A stretch of DNA of 64,000 nt from Octopus vulgaris. Its lineage: Eukaryota. Under the pieces are notes generated by a model. That model made no database searches. It was not told the DNA's origin and saw only the letters and a list, made by a program, of their open reading frames with translations. A program made the position numbers and the translations under genes. The number at the start of each line of letters is the position of its first letter. The stretch's first letter is position 1. Below are positions 37,154 through 49,056 of the stretch, piece after piece. The stretch spans positions 169,012,001 to 169,076,000 of the forward strand of contig OX597817.1 in the NCBI GenBank assembly GCA_951406725.2. The letters run 5' to 3'.

Positions 37154-39434
37154 TAGAACATTATTGGTGAATTGAAGAAATGGAGCTGAACGCAGATTGA
37201 ACAGAAATCGTTTTATTTCATTCTACACGTGTTTCGAAAGGCACAAATTACCAAAATCCGATGGAATAATGGGACCATATTGTGTCTTTCTCTTCAGGAA
37301 GAAAATAGGAAATCCGTTGGAAAAACAAAAACAGAACAGAGGCGGAGCAAAAACAAATCGAACTATGCTCCTAAGAGCCCATGGCGAAACTGTTTATCAG
37401 TGTATGTTGAGAACCGGTGGCTGAAGAATTCAACGGGTCAAGCATCGGTCAATCATGTGGGTGAGGGTGCGTAGATGTTCTTTGTGACCGAGAATAAAGT
37501 TCTGACTATTTAAAGAATATTGGATGTTTTATAAGGGGCGAGAAAAAATCTACTTAGAGACGTGTGTGTGTGTATACTGTTCTATATATGTGTGTGTTGG
37601 CGTAGGGGTAGAAAACATTTTTTGTGTACGTGTGTGCGTTTGATCGTTCGGCTGTCAGTGGCTACTGCCGTGATAACCGTTGGGTGGCAGAAAAAAAATA
37701 TATATATATCATGTTTTATGTGTGTGTGTGTTCATCTAAGCCTGCCTTGTCAAGGAAACCCCCCGCTGGGAAAAAACCAAGCCCCGTTTGTCTTACAGGA
37801 GTAATTCCCCTTGCAGTGGTTAATCGTAGATATCTTAAAGGCTATTTCATAATTTGTTACCAAGGGCTATGGGTGCCGGTATTATTTATAAACGCTATTT
37901 AAAAGCCAGATAAGTGTAACGCCGCCAATGGGGGCATCGAAAAGCCGACTGTAAAAGCCCGTTTACCATCCGGCCTCTGGCAAACAAAATATGGAAGAGT
38001 TCGGAGACACAAAGGTTGCACTGCCTTCTGCCCCTATCAAATGGGAGGGCCACCGACAAAATGGACCATTCCAGCCTGTAGCTTAAGTTCGTATCCTTCA
38101 GTCGCCATATTAGCTTACTGAGTCCCGTGGTCTGGCGCTTGTTCATGTCCCGAAAAGTTGCGTAATGGTTGGAGACACGCAAAGACAATCTTGAGGATGA
38201 GGCCCCTACATAAGTGAAGACATCTGAGTCCGTGTAAACCTTGCATTGGTAGACGGCGTTTTTGATCTTGGAGTTCGCCGACGTGAATCTAATTCTGCTA
38301 GGATTAGTTTCTGAAATTAGAACTGCGTTCCTGTCACTATATTCGTTCCGAGACCTGCAGCCGCTTACTACTCTATTTTCCACTACGTCACTATTAACTA
38401 TAGGAATAACCCTGATTCTCCACTATCTATCAAAGTGCTGTCATTGCTACTGCCCGTGGTGCTGCTATAGCGGGAAATGATGCTGGGGATGCTATTGGGG
38501 CTCTCTACCCTACTCCCATTGTTACCTTCAACCACAACACCCCTATTTATAACTATACCCCTAGTGGGTACTCCCTGGCTGGAGCTGAGATTATGTGTCA
38601 CTGTACTGGCTCTCATATCATTATTACTACTATAATTATTCCTACTGAGCATTAAACCAGGAGCGGAAGAGGCTGTGCTTCTGGAAAAAGGTGATAGGGT
38701 CTTAGTAAGTAGCCTATTATTATGGGAGGCGATTATCTGGGCGAGGTTTTTAGTGTTGGAGAAAGCTATCCTAACTTTATGCGAGTTAACCGTGGAGTAA
38801 TATTTGGAATTTCTGGGGAAGTTATTGGCGATGGCTTGTCTAAACATGAGGGGGAGGTTAGTTCTAATCTGCTTACCAAAGGGGATTACAAACCATATAT
38901 GCTTATTCCTATCAGTGTGATGGATCGGGACGCCAGCTCTCGCATTCGGGTGGGTGATTCTCGGATGAATAACGGGTCTTGGGTTAGTGTAAGACCTCCC
39001 GGACCGATAATTATCCTTGTTCGCTAAATTAAATGCGGGAGCGACTACCCCGGCATCCACCGCGCTCCCGTCCTTACTTAAAATGTTAATGTTATTATAT
39101 ACGGCCCTATCCTGATGACCGAATGATGGCATCGGAAGGGCCGGATCAATATAAATTACCTTCTGCCTATAACCGGCCTTGGATAGTGCGGCGTTATAAA
39201 ATTCCGCTTTCTGCATAAAAATATCGGCACTGGCGGACAAGCCAGACAATCTTAGAGAGATTTCTTCAATTCACCAATAATGTTCTAATTTCAATTATCC
39301 GCACCAACGCACGGTTGCAACACCATATGGTTGTACCTCCAACCGTGCTGTTTTACTGCTGTGATTTTTGCTACTAAGGTATCGGTTAAACTTTTGATTA
39401 ATCTACTACAAGATTATTCATCTTTCTATTTCAC

Positions 39435-39438
<4 letters not shown>
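37154..39438 (-). mobile_element. 5'-truncated Penelope-like retroelement (RT thumb, GIY-YIG endonuclease, terminal repeat, inverted partial repeat)
   Basis: Thumb LSASADIF...YNAALSKAGY and HIWFVIPF...NFP...IIASHN; GIY-YIG AVYQC...YVG...R...H...LSKLIWRLK...WSIL...CNLC..E; frameshift near 38400-38425; 28-bp inverted repeat 37154-37181 / 39260-39287. Confidence 0.9.
37218..37302 (-). ncRNA. type I hammerhead ribozyme in the Penelope terminal repeat
   Basis: Minus strand TTC-CTGAAGA-GAAAGACACAA...TTGTGCCTTTC-GAAA-CACGTG-TA-GAA: intact core, 11-bp stem II with one mismatch, palindromic ACACGTGT stem III, GUA triplet; stem I is short (3 bp plus a bulged extension). Confidence 0.78.
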
Positions 39439-39477
<39 letters not shown>

Positions 39478-40514
39478 CTGTGTTTGTCCCCCTAGCATTG
39501 ATTGACAACCGATGCTGGTGTGTTTACGTCCCCGTCACTTAGCGGTTCGGCAAAAAGAGACCGATAGAATAAGTACTGGGCTTACAAAGAATAAGTCCCG
39601 GGGTCGATCAGTTCGACTAAAGGTGGTGCTCCAGCATGGCCACAGTCAAATGACTGAAACAAGTAAAAGAGTAAAAGAGTAATAGGCAGGCAGGAAATGA
39701 GAGATGTGTGTGTGTGTATGGCATGTAACACAGACCAAGGAATTCCTGTTGACTGCGAGCCTGTGTGTGTGTGTCTGTCATTCTCTCCTTGCCTTTACTT
39801 TGTGTAGTAGTTGTAAACAAGTGTCACTGTTCGTCAAGCAGTGTCCTTCATTTCCAATCTTGCACGAAAACATGTCTGGTCATGGGGAACAGATGAGATT
39901 TGGCAACAGAAAGGTTATCTGGCCATGAAAAAAAAAAAAAACACTTCAACAAATTTCTGCCAGACCTATGAGAGGATGGAAAAGTGAATGCTAAGACAAT
40001 GGTGATGATGATAAAGATGGTGTTGAGGATATCAGAATGGATGGGGATATAACCAAAGCTTTGGAAGTGGATTTGGTACATGGAAACTGAAAGAAAACCA
40101 TCATATATGTGTGTGTGTGTGTGTGTTTTCGTGCCTGTGTTTATTCCCCCCACCCCACCAGTTGACCACCAGTGTTGGTCCCCATAACTAAACTCTCTCA
40201 GAGAAACAGAGACTATTGTAATAGTAATGAAAAATGACAGCAAGAAGAAACAACATATCTATGAGTCATTGATTGCAGTGTGTTGATAGTTGAATCATCC
40301 AAAAACCATTATTTTGGAGATGAGGTGTTTTGAATGTGAGTGCAATATATGGATAGTACTCTAGTGTAGCTTAAACTTAACAGAAAATCAATTTACGATG
40401 CCTGAAGCATTTCCCGGATCTAATAAGAATCCTTAGTCTTTACAATATTATTTTCACAGTTTATGAAAAGCCACTCTGAGAGATCATATGAAGCTATGAA
40501 ACTTGGCATTTGTA

Positions 40515-41060
40515 TTGGGTTGTCCGGAAAGTTTGTGCCGATTTATAGCAGCTTACATTTCAATTTATTTTAGAACATGGTTGAATCCATAAAATAGGAT
40601 TTGACTACACCTCCATTTAGAGCACAGTTTAAGCTATCTTTTCGTGGAAGAATGTTTATGTTCCTATAACCTGTGTTAATTCTGTAACCCTTTAAAATGG
40701 AAGATAAGAAAGTTCATTTTTGGCCCTTGATGCTTTGGGAACCAGACAAAAATTGCTGCAGCTCGACTGGGATGTATTACCCCACCCTTCATATTCACCA
40801 GATATTATTCAGGTCTCTGCAGAATAGTCTTAATGGTAAAAATTTCAATTCCTTGGATGACGTAAAAAGATACCTTGATGAATTCTTTGCCATGAAAGCA
40901 CCTCAATTCTGGGAAGAGGGTATTTTCAAGTTAAAGGAAAGATGGAGATGCATTGTGCAACAAAATGGTTCGTATTCGGCTGATTAAAAATGTAATGGCA
41001 AGTATTTATTGGCCTTTTTCTTTCCTTTAAAAATCAGCACAAACTTTCCAGACAACCCAA
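40515..41060 (+). mobile_element. internally deleted mariner element, both TIRs, TA TSD
   Basis: TA|ttgggttgtccggaaagtttgtgccgattt ... aaatcagcacaaactttccagacaacccaa|TA; LFRSLQNSLNGKNF...GIFKLKERWRCIVQQNGSY is the mariner C-terminus. Confidence 0.9.
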
Positions 41061-41219
41061 TAGTAACTTGTGGAGTTTTAGCTCCATGCTATTCATAACT
41101 AGAAAAGGTGGTGTACAAATATCTTATTTCCTTGATGTGTATAATGTGTATAGTCTTTGTGCTATTGAATGAGACTGCAACCATGTCTGCATTGGAGAAT
41201 GTTTTGAAGTGTTGTGACA

Positions 41220-43790
41220 TTTACATAAGAATATATATTGTTACAAGTGACTAAGGTATGTTGAAGTGATTAAAGCGTATTTCAGTGACAAGGATGGGAT
41301 TCAATGAAGGAGGCAAGGATTTTATGGATTGAAATGTGTCTTAACGATTAAGGTGTGTGTTTAAGTGATTGAGATGTGTAATGTGTGTTTCTATAATTGA
41401 GGTGATGGGATGTGTGTTGTAATAATTAAGATGCATGTTTTACAATTGAATCGTTTGTTTTGATGATTGAAATGCATGTTTTAACGATTGAAGTGTGAGT
41501 TTTAATGAGTGAAGTGACAGTTTTAGTGAGTGGTGTGTGAGTTTAAAGTGAAGTGTGAATTTTAGTGAGTGGAGTGTGTAAATGAAATGTCAGTTTTAGC
41601 GAGTAAAGTGTGAATGTTAGTGAGTGATGTGTGAGTTTCAATGAGTGAAGTGTGTGTTTTAATGAGTGAAGTGTCAATTTTAGTGAGTGGAGTGTGAGTT
41701 TAAAGTGAAGTGTGAATTTTAGGAACTGAAGTGTGTGAATGAAATGTAAGTTTTAGCGAGTAAAGTGTGAATGTTAGTGAGTGATGTGTGAGTTTCAATG
41801 AGTGAAGTGTGTGTTTTAATGAGTGAAGTGTCAGTTTTAGTGAGTGAAGTGTGAGTTTAGAGTGAAGTGTAAATTTTAGTGACTGAAGTGTGTAAATGAA
41901 ATGTAAGTTTTAGCGAGTAAAGTGTGAATGTTAGTGAGTGATGTGTGAGTTTCAATGAGTGAAGTGTGTGTTTTAATGAGTGAAGTGTCAGTTTTAGTGA
42001 GTGGAGTGTGAGTTTAGAGTGAAGTGTGAATTTTAGGAACTGAAGTGTGTAAATGAAATGTCAGTTTTAGCGAGTAAAGTGTGAATGTTAGTGAGTGATG
42101 TGTGAGTTTCAATGAGTGAAGTGTGTGTTTTAATGAGTGAAGTGTCAGTTTTAGTGAGTGAAGTGTGAGTTTAGAGTGAAGTGTAAATTTTAGTGACTGA
42201 AGTGTGTGAATGAAATGTCAGTTTTAGCGAGTAAAGTGTGAATGTTAGTGAGTGATGTGTGAGTTTCAATGAGTGAAGTGTGTGTTTTAATGAGTGAAGT
42301 GTCAGTTTTAGTGAGTGGAGTGTGAGTTTAGAGTGAAGTGTGAATTTTAGGAACTGAAGTGTGTAAATGAAATGTCAGTTTTAGCGAGTAAAGTGTGAAT
42401 GTTAGTGAGTGATGTGTGAGTTTCAATGAGTGAAGTGTGTGTTTTAATGAGTGAAGTGTCAGTTTTAGTGAGTGAAGTGTGAGTTTAGAGTGAAGTGTAA
42501 ATTTTAGTGACTGAAGTGTGTAAATGAAATGTCAGTTTTAGCGAGTAAAGTGTGAATGTTAGTGAGTGATGTGTGAGTTTCAATGAGTGAAGTGTGTGTT
42601 TTAATGAGTGAAGTGTCAGTTTTAGTGAGTGAAGTGTAAATTTTAGTGACTGAAGTGTGTGAATGAAATGTAAGTTTTAGCGAGTAAAGTGTGAATGTTA
42701 GTGAGTGATGTGTGAGTTTCAATGAGTGAAGTGTGTGTTTTAATGAGTGAAGTGTCAGTTTTAGTGAGTGAAGTGTAAGTTTAGAGTGAAGTGTAAATTT
42801 TAGTGACTGAAGTGTGTGAATGAAATGTCAGTTTTAGTGAGTAAAGTGTGAATGTTAATGAGTGATGTGTGAGTTTCAATGAGTGAAGTGTGTGTTTTAA
42901 TGAGTGAAGTGTCAGTTTTAGTGAGTGAAGTGTGAGTTTAGAGTGAAGTGTAAATTTTAGGAACTGAAGTGTGTAAATGAAATGTAAGTTTTAGCGAGTA
43001 AAGTGTGAATGTTAGTGAGTGATGTGTGAGTTTCAATGAGTGAAGTGTGTGTTTTAATGAGTGAAGTGTCAGTTTTAGTGAGTGAAGTGTGAGTTTAGAG
43101 TGAAGTGTAAATTTTAGGAACTGAAGTGTGTAAATGAAATGTAAGTTTTAGCGAGTAAAGTGTGAATGTTAGTGAGTGATGTGTGAGTTTCAATGAGTGA
43201 AGTGTGTGTTTTAATGAGTGAAGTGTCAGTTTTAGTGAGTGAAGTGTGAGTTTAGAGTGAAGTGTAAATTTTAGTGACTGAAGTGTGTAAATGAAATGTC
43301 AGTTTTAGCGAGTAAAGTGTGAATGTTAGTGAGTGATGTGTGAGTTTTAGTGTGAAGTTTGAGTTTTTGTGAGTGATGTGTGTGCTCTGGTGACTGAAAG
43401 GCATATTTTAGTGACTGAAGCGTGTGTTTTAGTGAATGAAATGTGAGTGAATTTTGAATTTTAGTAAGCGAATTATGTGTTTTAATCATTGAAGTGTGTG
43501 TGTATTAGGCATTGAATTGTGATTTAATGCTGAATTGTGTGTGGTTTAATGACTAAAGTGTATTTTTTAATGATTGATGTGGGGGGGTTTTTTTCTTTAT
43601 TGATTGAAGTGTGTATTTTAGTGACTGAGGTGTGTGATTAAATTATTGAGGTGTGTGTTTTAATTATTGAGGTATATGTTTTAATGAGACAGGGGTGTAT
43701 ATTTTAATAATTGAAGTGTCTGTCTAAAGGATTGAACACACATATGTGTGTGTCTCTTTATTATGATTGAACACTTGTATGCGCATGTTT
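41220..43790. repeat. satellite: 157-bp higher-order core (about 41570-43340, about 11-12 units) with decayed 21-bp monomer flanks
   Basis: aatgaaatgt recurs at 41581, 41738, 41895, 42052 and onward (period 157). Confidence 0.95.
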
Positions 43791-44228
43791 TAATGATCTG
43801 ACACCATTTTTGAAAACATCTAAAATGAATTTCTGTGAAATGCGTTTCTAATGTCCACTTAATTTACATTTTAAAAATTGTATTTTATTGATTTTCTTCA
43901 GTGGTATGGAAACTGTTAAATAATCCCTCCATACAAGCACACGTTTTAGACACACATATATATACGCATATAAACGCATATTAAACACACATATACACAC
44001 ACTCATATTCACATACACAATCTGCACGCATTTCTGCTAAAGGGCTATTTATTGTGTGTATAACTTCATATTAATTAAAATTCCTGTGTTATGTAAGTAC
44101 ATATACTTGTATGTGTGCATGTGAGTGTGTGTGTCTAGGTGTGTCTCTATACGTATGCTCATGCAGTATGTATTGGTGTATGTTTGCATGTATAAATGTA
44201 TACACATGTGTATGTGTGTATATATATC

Positions 44229-44261
<33 letters not shown>

Positions 44262-44542
44262 GTATGTGTGTGTATGTGTATAATTATATAGATAGCTAGA
44301 TAGATAGATAGATTCATTAAAGCATTGGATATAATGGTTTTATATTGTTATTGCGATCTGTACTCTGAGTTCAATTCCAGCCAAGGTCAAATTTGCCTTT
44401 CCTCTTTCAAAGATTGATAATTAAAGCACCAGGCAGTGTTGAAGGCTGGAAGAATTTTTGGAGAAACAGATTTGAAGTTAACTTGAAGAACTTAATAGAA
44501 ATGGGAAACAAAGTTGGGATGTAATTAAATTCTCAATTGCAA

Positions 44543-44890
44543 TCATCATCATCATCATCATCGTTTAACGTCCATTTTCCATGCTAGCATGGGTTGGACG
44601 GTTCGACCGGGGTTTGGGAAGCCAGGATGCTGCGCCAGGCTCCAGTCTGATTTGGCAGTGTTTCTACAGCTGGATGCCCTTCCTAACGCCAACCACTCCG
44701 TGAGTGTAGTGGGTGCCTTTTACGTGCCACTGGTATAGGGGCCAGGGGAGGCTGGCATCGGCCACGATCGGTTGGTGCTTTTATGTGTCACTGACACGGG
44801 TGCCAGTCGGGTGGCACTGGCATCTGCCACTTTTGGACAGTGCTTTTTATGTGTCACCGGCACAGGTTTCTAAACTACAATTTCTACAAA
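44543..44890 (-). mobile_element. RTE 3'-tail fragment
   Basis: (CAT)n plus cgtttaacgtcc...gatgcccttcctaacgccaacc and 2-3 diverged units. Confidence 0.8.
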
Positions 44891-44921
44891 TATGTATGTA
44901 TTTACATATGTATATGTGTGT

Positions 44922-45285
44922 ATGGATGTTTGCAAAAGGGACATGAAGGCCTGCAACATCAATATTAGTGGTTGGGAGGCAGTTGCCGGCAACCGTGGAG
45001 AATGGCGACGTACCGTAAAAGAGGGAATACAAAGGAGTGACAGAGAGAGAGAGGAGAGATGGAAAGAAAGGAAGAGACGTAAACAAGAGACTATGGCACT
45101 ACAACCAGCCAGGAACAGTCTTCGCTACATTTGCGGTACCTGCCAGAGGGAGTGTTTGTCCAGGATAGGACTACACAGCCACAGCAGGAAATGTATCAGG
45201 ACATGAAATGTAAAAGCCGGACTAGACTACTTTGTGCGCAACTCCATTGCCTCCCGAGACAAAAAGGATGCCAACCAACCAACCA
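44922..45285 (+). mobile_element. RTE-BovB-like LINE 3' end
   Basis: DVCKRDMKACNI...WEAVAGNRGEWR...CGTCQRECLSRIGLHSHSRKC (terminal C2H2-like motif); (CCAA)n tail. Confidence 0.82.
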
Positions 45286-45683
45286 TGTATGTATGTATGC
45301 ATGTATGTATGCACAAGCATGGTTGTGTAGTTGCACAAGCATGGTTGTGTAGTTAAAAAGTTTGGTAATATTGTCCTGGATTAATGAAAATGTTTTGAAT
45401 GAATCTGATTGATGAAAACCAAAAGAAGGCCATTGTGTATGTTTGTGCATAGTTGCATGCACATATCTGTCTGTGTATTTGTTTACATCTTACTCACTTC
45501 TGCAAAAGTTTTGATATATATGGGCAGTGTTGTTGATGTCAGTTCTCCTGCCCTCAAATAATCCATTCCTTTTGTGCCTTTGAAAATATGCAGGATGAAA
45601 ATTTCCTTATTTGAAAAACAGGTAAGTGTTAGTGAAAGGGAAAGCATCCAGCTGTAAAACAATGCCTCAAAAATATTACTTTA

Positions 45684-46066
45684 CTAGCAGTATCACCCGG
45701 CGTTGCTCGGGTTTGTTTTGACCTTTTAGAATTGGAATTTTTGAAAAGTAAAAATTTTGCATTATGTAGCTTGTTATTCTCTTTAAGTGAACATTTTTCT
45801 GGTTGAAATACACTGAAAAATGGCGACACAGCAGTCAAAAAGTCGTTAAAAATAGGGATTTTCATAGAAATAAGCACCTTTTTGATGTAAATAATTTTTG
45901 GTCTTAACATGGTCCGATTTGAATTTTTTCTTCTATGGAATGAAGAGCAAGCCTTCTTCTATCATACTCTCAATTTTGGTCAACTTGCACTGCAGGGTCT
46001 TGGAGGAGATAGTGTTAGATGAAGGCTACCAAACCATACACAGACAACTCCAACTTTATATAGAGA
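45684..46066 (-). mobile_element. non-autonomous Helitron-like element
   Basis: Minus strand A|TC...cccgagcaacgccggg...CTAG|T. Confidence 0.78.
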
Positions 46067-46641
46067 TAATATTTTCATCTATCTGTCTGTCTCTCTGTTT
46101 CTCTGTCTGTCTATCTTTCCTTCTTACTATATTGAATGATTCAGTTATAAAACTTGCATGCAGGACTTCAAGTTTCCGTGTCAATGATACAATGATCACT
46201 GCTCTTCTTCAGCTTATGCAAGTCAATTACAAACACAAAAGATACCTTTATAGTTCTCTATTTCTGACGATATTGCGGTCTACATCTTTTGTCATCACAC
46301 GTGATTTGTTGATACATACATAAGTGTGTGTGTGTGTGTGTATATTAATGTTTGTTCTTATGTGAAGCTATATTTAAAAGCAATTGACAACAAACTGAAG
46401 GACCACTCGATATTTTTTAGCCATATACATATTATAAATTTTTATAATGCAAGGTTGACTGAAATTTTAGCTCACCACCCATCATCAGAAAGCATGATGA
46501 TGGGTGGTAAGCCAAATCACTGTCAACTTTTTCCTGTGCTATATCATTTCTTTAACTCCATGCTAGTCTTCTCTACAAAATTACCAATGTTTTTTTCTTT
46601 CTTTCTTTTCTTATAATTTTTTTTCTTTTGCTCTATTCCAG

Positions 46642-46744
46642 GACGTTGGGTTACAAAGAAAAAATGATTGAAATTCCCAAAGGTCATTGTTGGATGGAAG
46701 GAGACAATTATCGTAAAAGTATGGACAGTAACTACTTTGGACCA
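46642..46744 (+). CDS. IMMP2L: mitochondrial inner membrane peptidase subunit 2, penultimate coding exon
   Basis: Polypyrimidine tract with ttccAG acceptor and GTAAGT donor; 103 nt, phase 2 to phase 0; translates TLGYKEKMIEIPKGHCWMEGDNYRKSMDSNYFGP, the S26 GHxWxEGD...SxDSNxFGP box. Confidence 0.93.
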
Positions 46745-47269
46745 GTAAGTGACACAACCCCCACAATCTAACAATTTCACTCGAGTTCATGTATGCTTAG
46801 AATTTAGAAATAGCATTGCAAAAAATTCCTTCAGATTATTTTCTATAATTAGGGATTCCAGATAGCCATAACCATATGATCAAAAATCTGCTTAACAGTT
46901 CCATAGTCCTGGGTTAGATTGCAAGTGTCTTCTACCATGTTTGACTTGTGATGAAAATCAGGTAAATGAAATTGTGCAGAAGCCTGCCAGGTGAACTATT
47001 CCTGTTTTTATGTAGCAGACTTATACTGTTGCCCAGTTGAACACCAATAACTGACTCTCAAATGTCTTTAGTGGATGCCATTTTGTTGTGAGCATTTGGT
47101 GAAAATCTCTACTCTGAGTATAACAAAGCATCTTTAAGTACTCTTTCCTGCTGTAACAGCAACCTATAAGAGATATTTCCTTCCCTTCTTTTCTCCTCAC
47201 TAGTGTAAGTGGCATAAGAAAAGACGATTGATTAAAGACACATAATTAAGGACACTTAATTCTTGTCCT

Positions 47270-47522
47270 GTGGAGGCACATGGCCTATTGGTTAGAGCAG
47301 CAGACTTGTGGTCGAGAGCTTGCAGGTTTGAATTTCAGACTGGGTGATGTGTGTGTTTATGAGTGAAACACCTAAACTCCATGCGACTCTGGCAGAAAGT
47401 AATGGCAAACTTCTAATACTTTCGCCACGACTTACTCTCACTCTTTCCTCCTGCATCTAGCAGCTCACATGCGACGGACCAGCATCCCGTCAGATGACAA
47501 ACCTATATACCAATGAAACCAG
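47270..47522 (+). mobile_element. SINE family C-related, in the last IMMP2L intron
   Basis: Head gtggaggcacatggcctattggttagagcagc. Confidence 0.7.
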
Positions 47523-47539
47523 GAAACCAGGAAATCATA

Positions 47540-47783
47540 AAAAATAGGGATTTTCATAGAAAGAAGCACCTTTTTGATGTAAATAATTTTTGGTCTTAGC
47601 ATGGTCCGATTTGAACTTTTTCTTCTACGGAATGAAGAGCAAGCCTTCTTCTATCATACTTTCAATTTTCGTCAACTTGTGCCGCGGGGGTCTTGGAGGA
47701 GATTGTGTTAGCTGAAGGCAACCAAACCTGCCACACACACACACACAGACAGACACTGACAACTTCAGCTTTATATGTATAGA
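47540..47783 (-). mobile_element. Helitron-like 5' fragment
   Basis: Direct repeat of about 45850-46066. Confidence 0.72.
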
Positions 47784-47980
47784 TTATCCAAAATTTGCTG
47801 GCTCTACTCTGTTCTGGATACAATTACATAAGTGAGACCATTATTTACAGAAGTTGATAAAATGCAGCATCCAGACCTTAGTTCAAAGACCATAACATTT
47901 ATATCAGTCATGCCTCTTGGAGAGGCATGATTATCACAACTCAAATGTCTTATATAAATTTTAATATATTATATTTTCAG

Positions 47981-48112
47981 GTTCCCAAAGGATTAATCAC
48001 TGCCAAAGTGTCTCACATTATATGGCCCCCTTATCGTTGGCAATCAATGGAAGTCATTCATACCAACCACAGACGGGTTCGACCACGCAGAAAATCACTA
48101 CCATCATCATAG
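47981..48112 (+). CDS. IMMP2L: mitochondrial inner membrane peptidase subunit 2, terminal coding exon
   Basis: ttttcAG acceptor, phase 0, in frame with the previous exon; VPKGLITAKVSHIIWPPYRWQSM...* carries the WPPxRWQ motif typical of IMP2 rather than IMP1. Confidence 0.92.
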   Translation, partial: VPKGLITAKVSHIIWPPYRWQSMEVIHTNHRRVRPRRKSLPSS

Positions 48113-48370
48113 CGTCTCACACCTGTATCAATTTGATGGTTTATCAGTGGAAGATATGTGAATGACCTGAGGTAACATTGTAGTAACCTGTTCATGTTGC
48201 AAAACAACATGTAAACTGTGTTGTAGGTTTTTTTTTTACATCTTTTGGGGAGTAATTCTCTCTCAGTCTCTATCCAATACAAAGAATATCACCACTTCTG
48301 CTCATGATGCTGTTTCATAACTACATGAAATCACATTCTAAAATATCAACAATTACCCAAACTTAGAGGA

Positions 48371-48376
48371 AATAAA
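48371..48376 (+). promoter_or_regulatory. candidate polyadenylation signal of IMMP2L
   Basis: First AATAAA I found after the stop codon, about 260 nt downstream. Confidence 0.45.
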
Positions 48377-48493
48377 ACATTATTCTGGAGCTTCTTCACC
48401 AATTTTTCTTGCACTATATTTATAAAATTTCCGTCATGTATTCTGGATATTGTGTGACATATATATCGTTTATCTTTTACTTATTGCAGTCAT

Positions 48494-48697
48494 TGGCACG
48501 TAAAAAGGCACATAAAAAGCACCCACTACACTCACGGAGTGGTTGGCGTTAGGAAGGGCATCCAGCTGTAGAAACATTGCCAGATAAGACTGGAGCCTGG
48601 TGCAGCCTTCTGGCTTCCCAGATCCCCGGTCGAACCGTCCAACCCATGCTAGCATGGAGAACGGACGTTAAACGATGATGATGATGATGATGATGAT
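48494..48697 (+). mobile_element. RTE 3'-tail fragment
   Basis: ggcacataaaaagcacccactacactc...aaacgatgatgat. Confidence 0.82.
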
Positions 48698-49056
48698 TGG
48701 ACTGTGGCTATGCTGGGGCACCACCTTGAAGGGTTTAGTCAGACAAATTAACCCTGGTACTTATGTTGTTTTTTTAAAAATCTAGTACTTATTCTATTGA
48801 TCTCTTTAAATGAGTTGCTAAGTTATGGGGACATAAACAAACTAACACTAGTTGTCATGCTGTGGGAGGGATGCAAACACCCATACATACATACACACAC
48901 ACAATCTAATTGAGAGAAAATACATGGCTTTGCCTTTTGGTCAATATTGAAGAGGATGAGACCCTACTAGTTTGAAATTACAGTACTTTGTCAGAACTAC
49001 ATGTACCTTTGAGGGGTTATAACAACAAAACTGTTTTAGAAGAAGGGCCACAAATA

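Larger units (their letters stand above)
36973..39680 (+). mobile_element. SINE family B split by a Penelope insertion in its internal (TA)n
   Basis: 5' half 36973-37136 and 3' half 39461-39680 join into a complete SINE. Confidence 0.85.

Noticed and set aside
45593-45626. AG...GTAAGT micro-exon candidate
   Set aside because: It lies in a decayed retroelement tail (gcatccagctgtaaaa context) and has no similarity to IMMP2L.
45850-47783. Repeats flanking the 103-nt exon as circRNA-promoting elements
   Set aside because: The two Helitron-like copies are in direct, not inverted, orientation.
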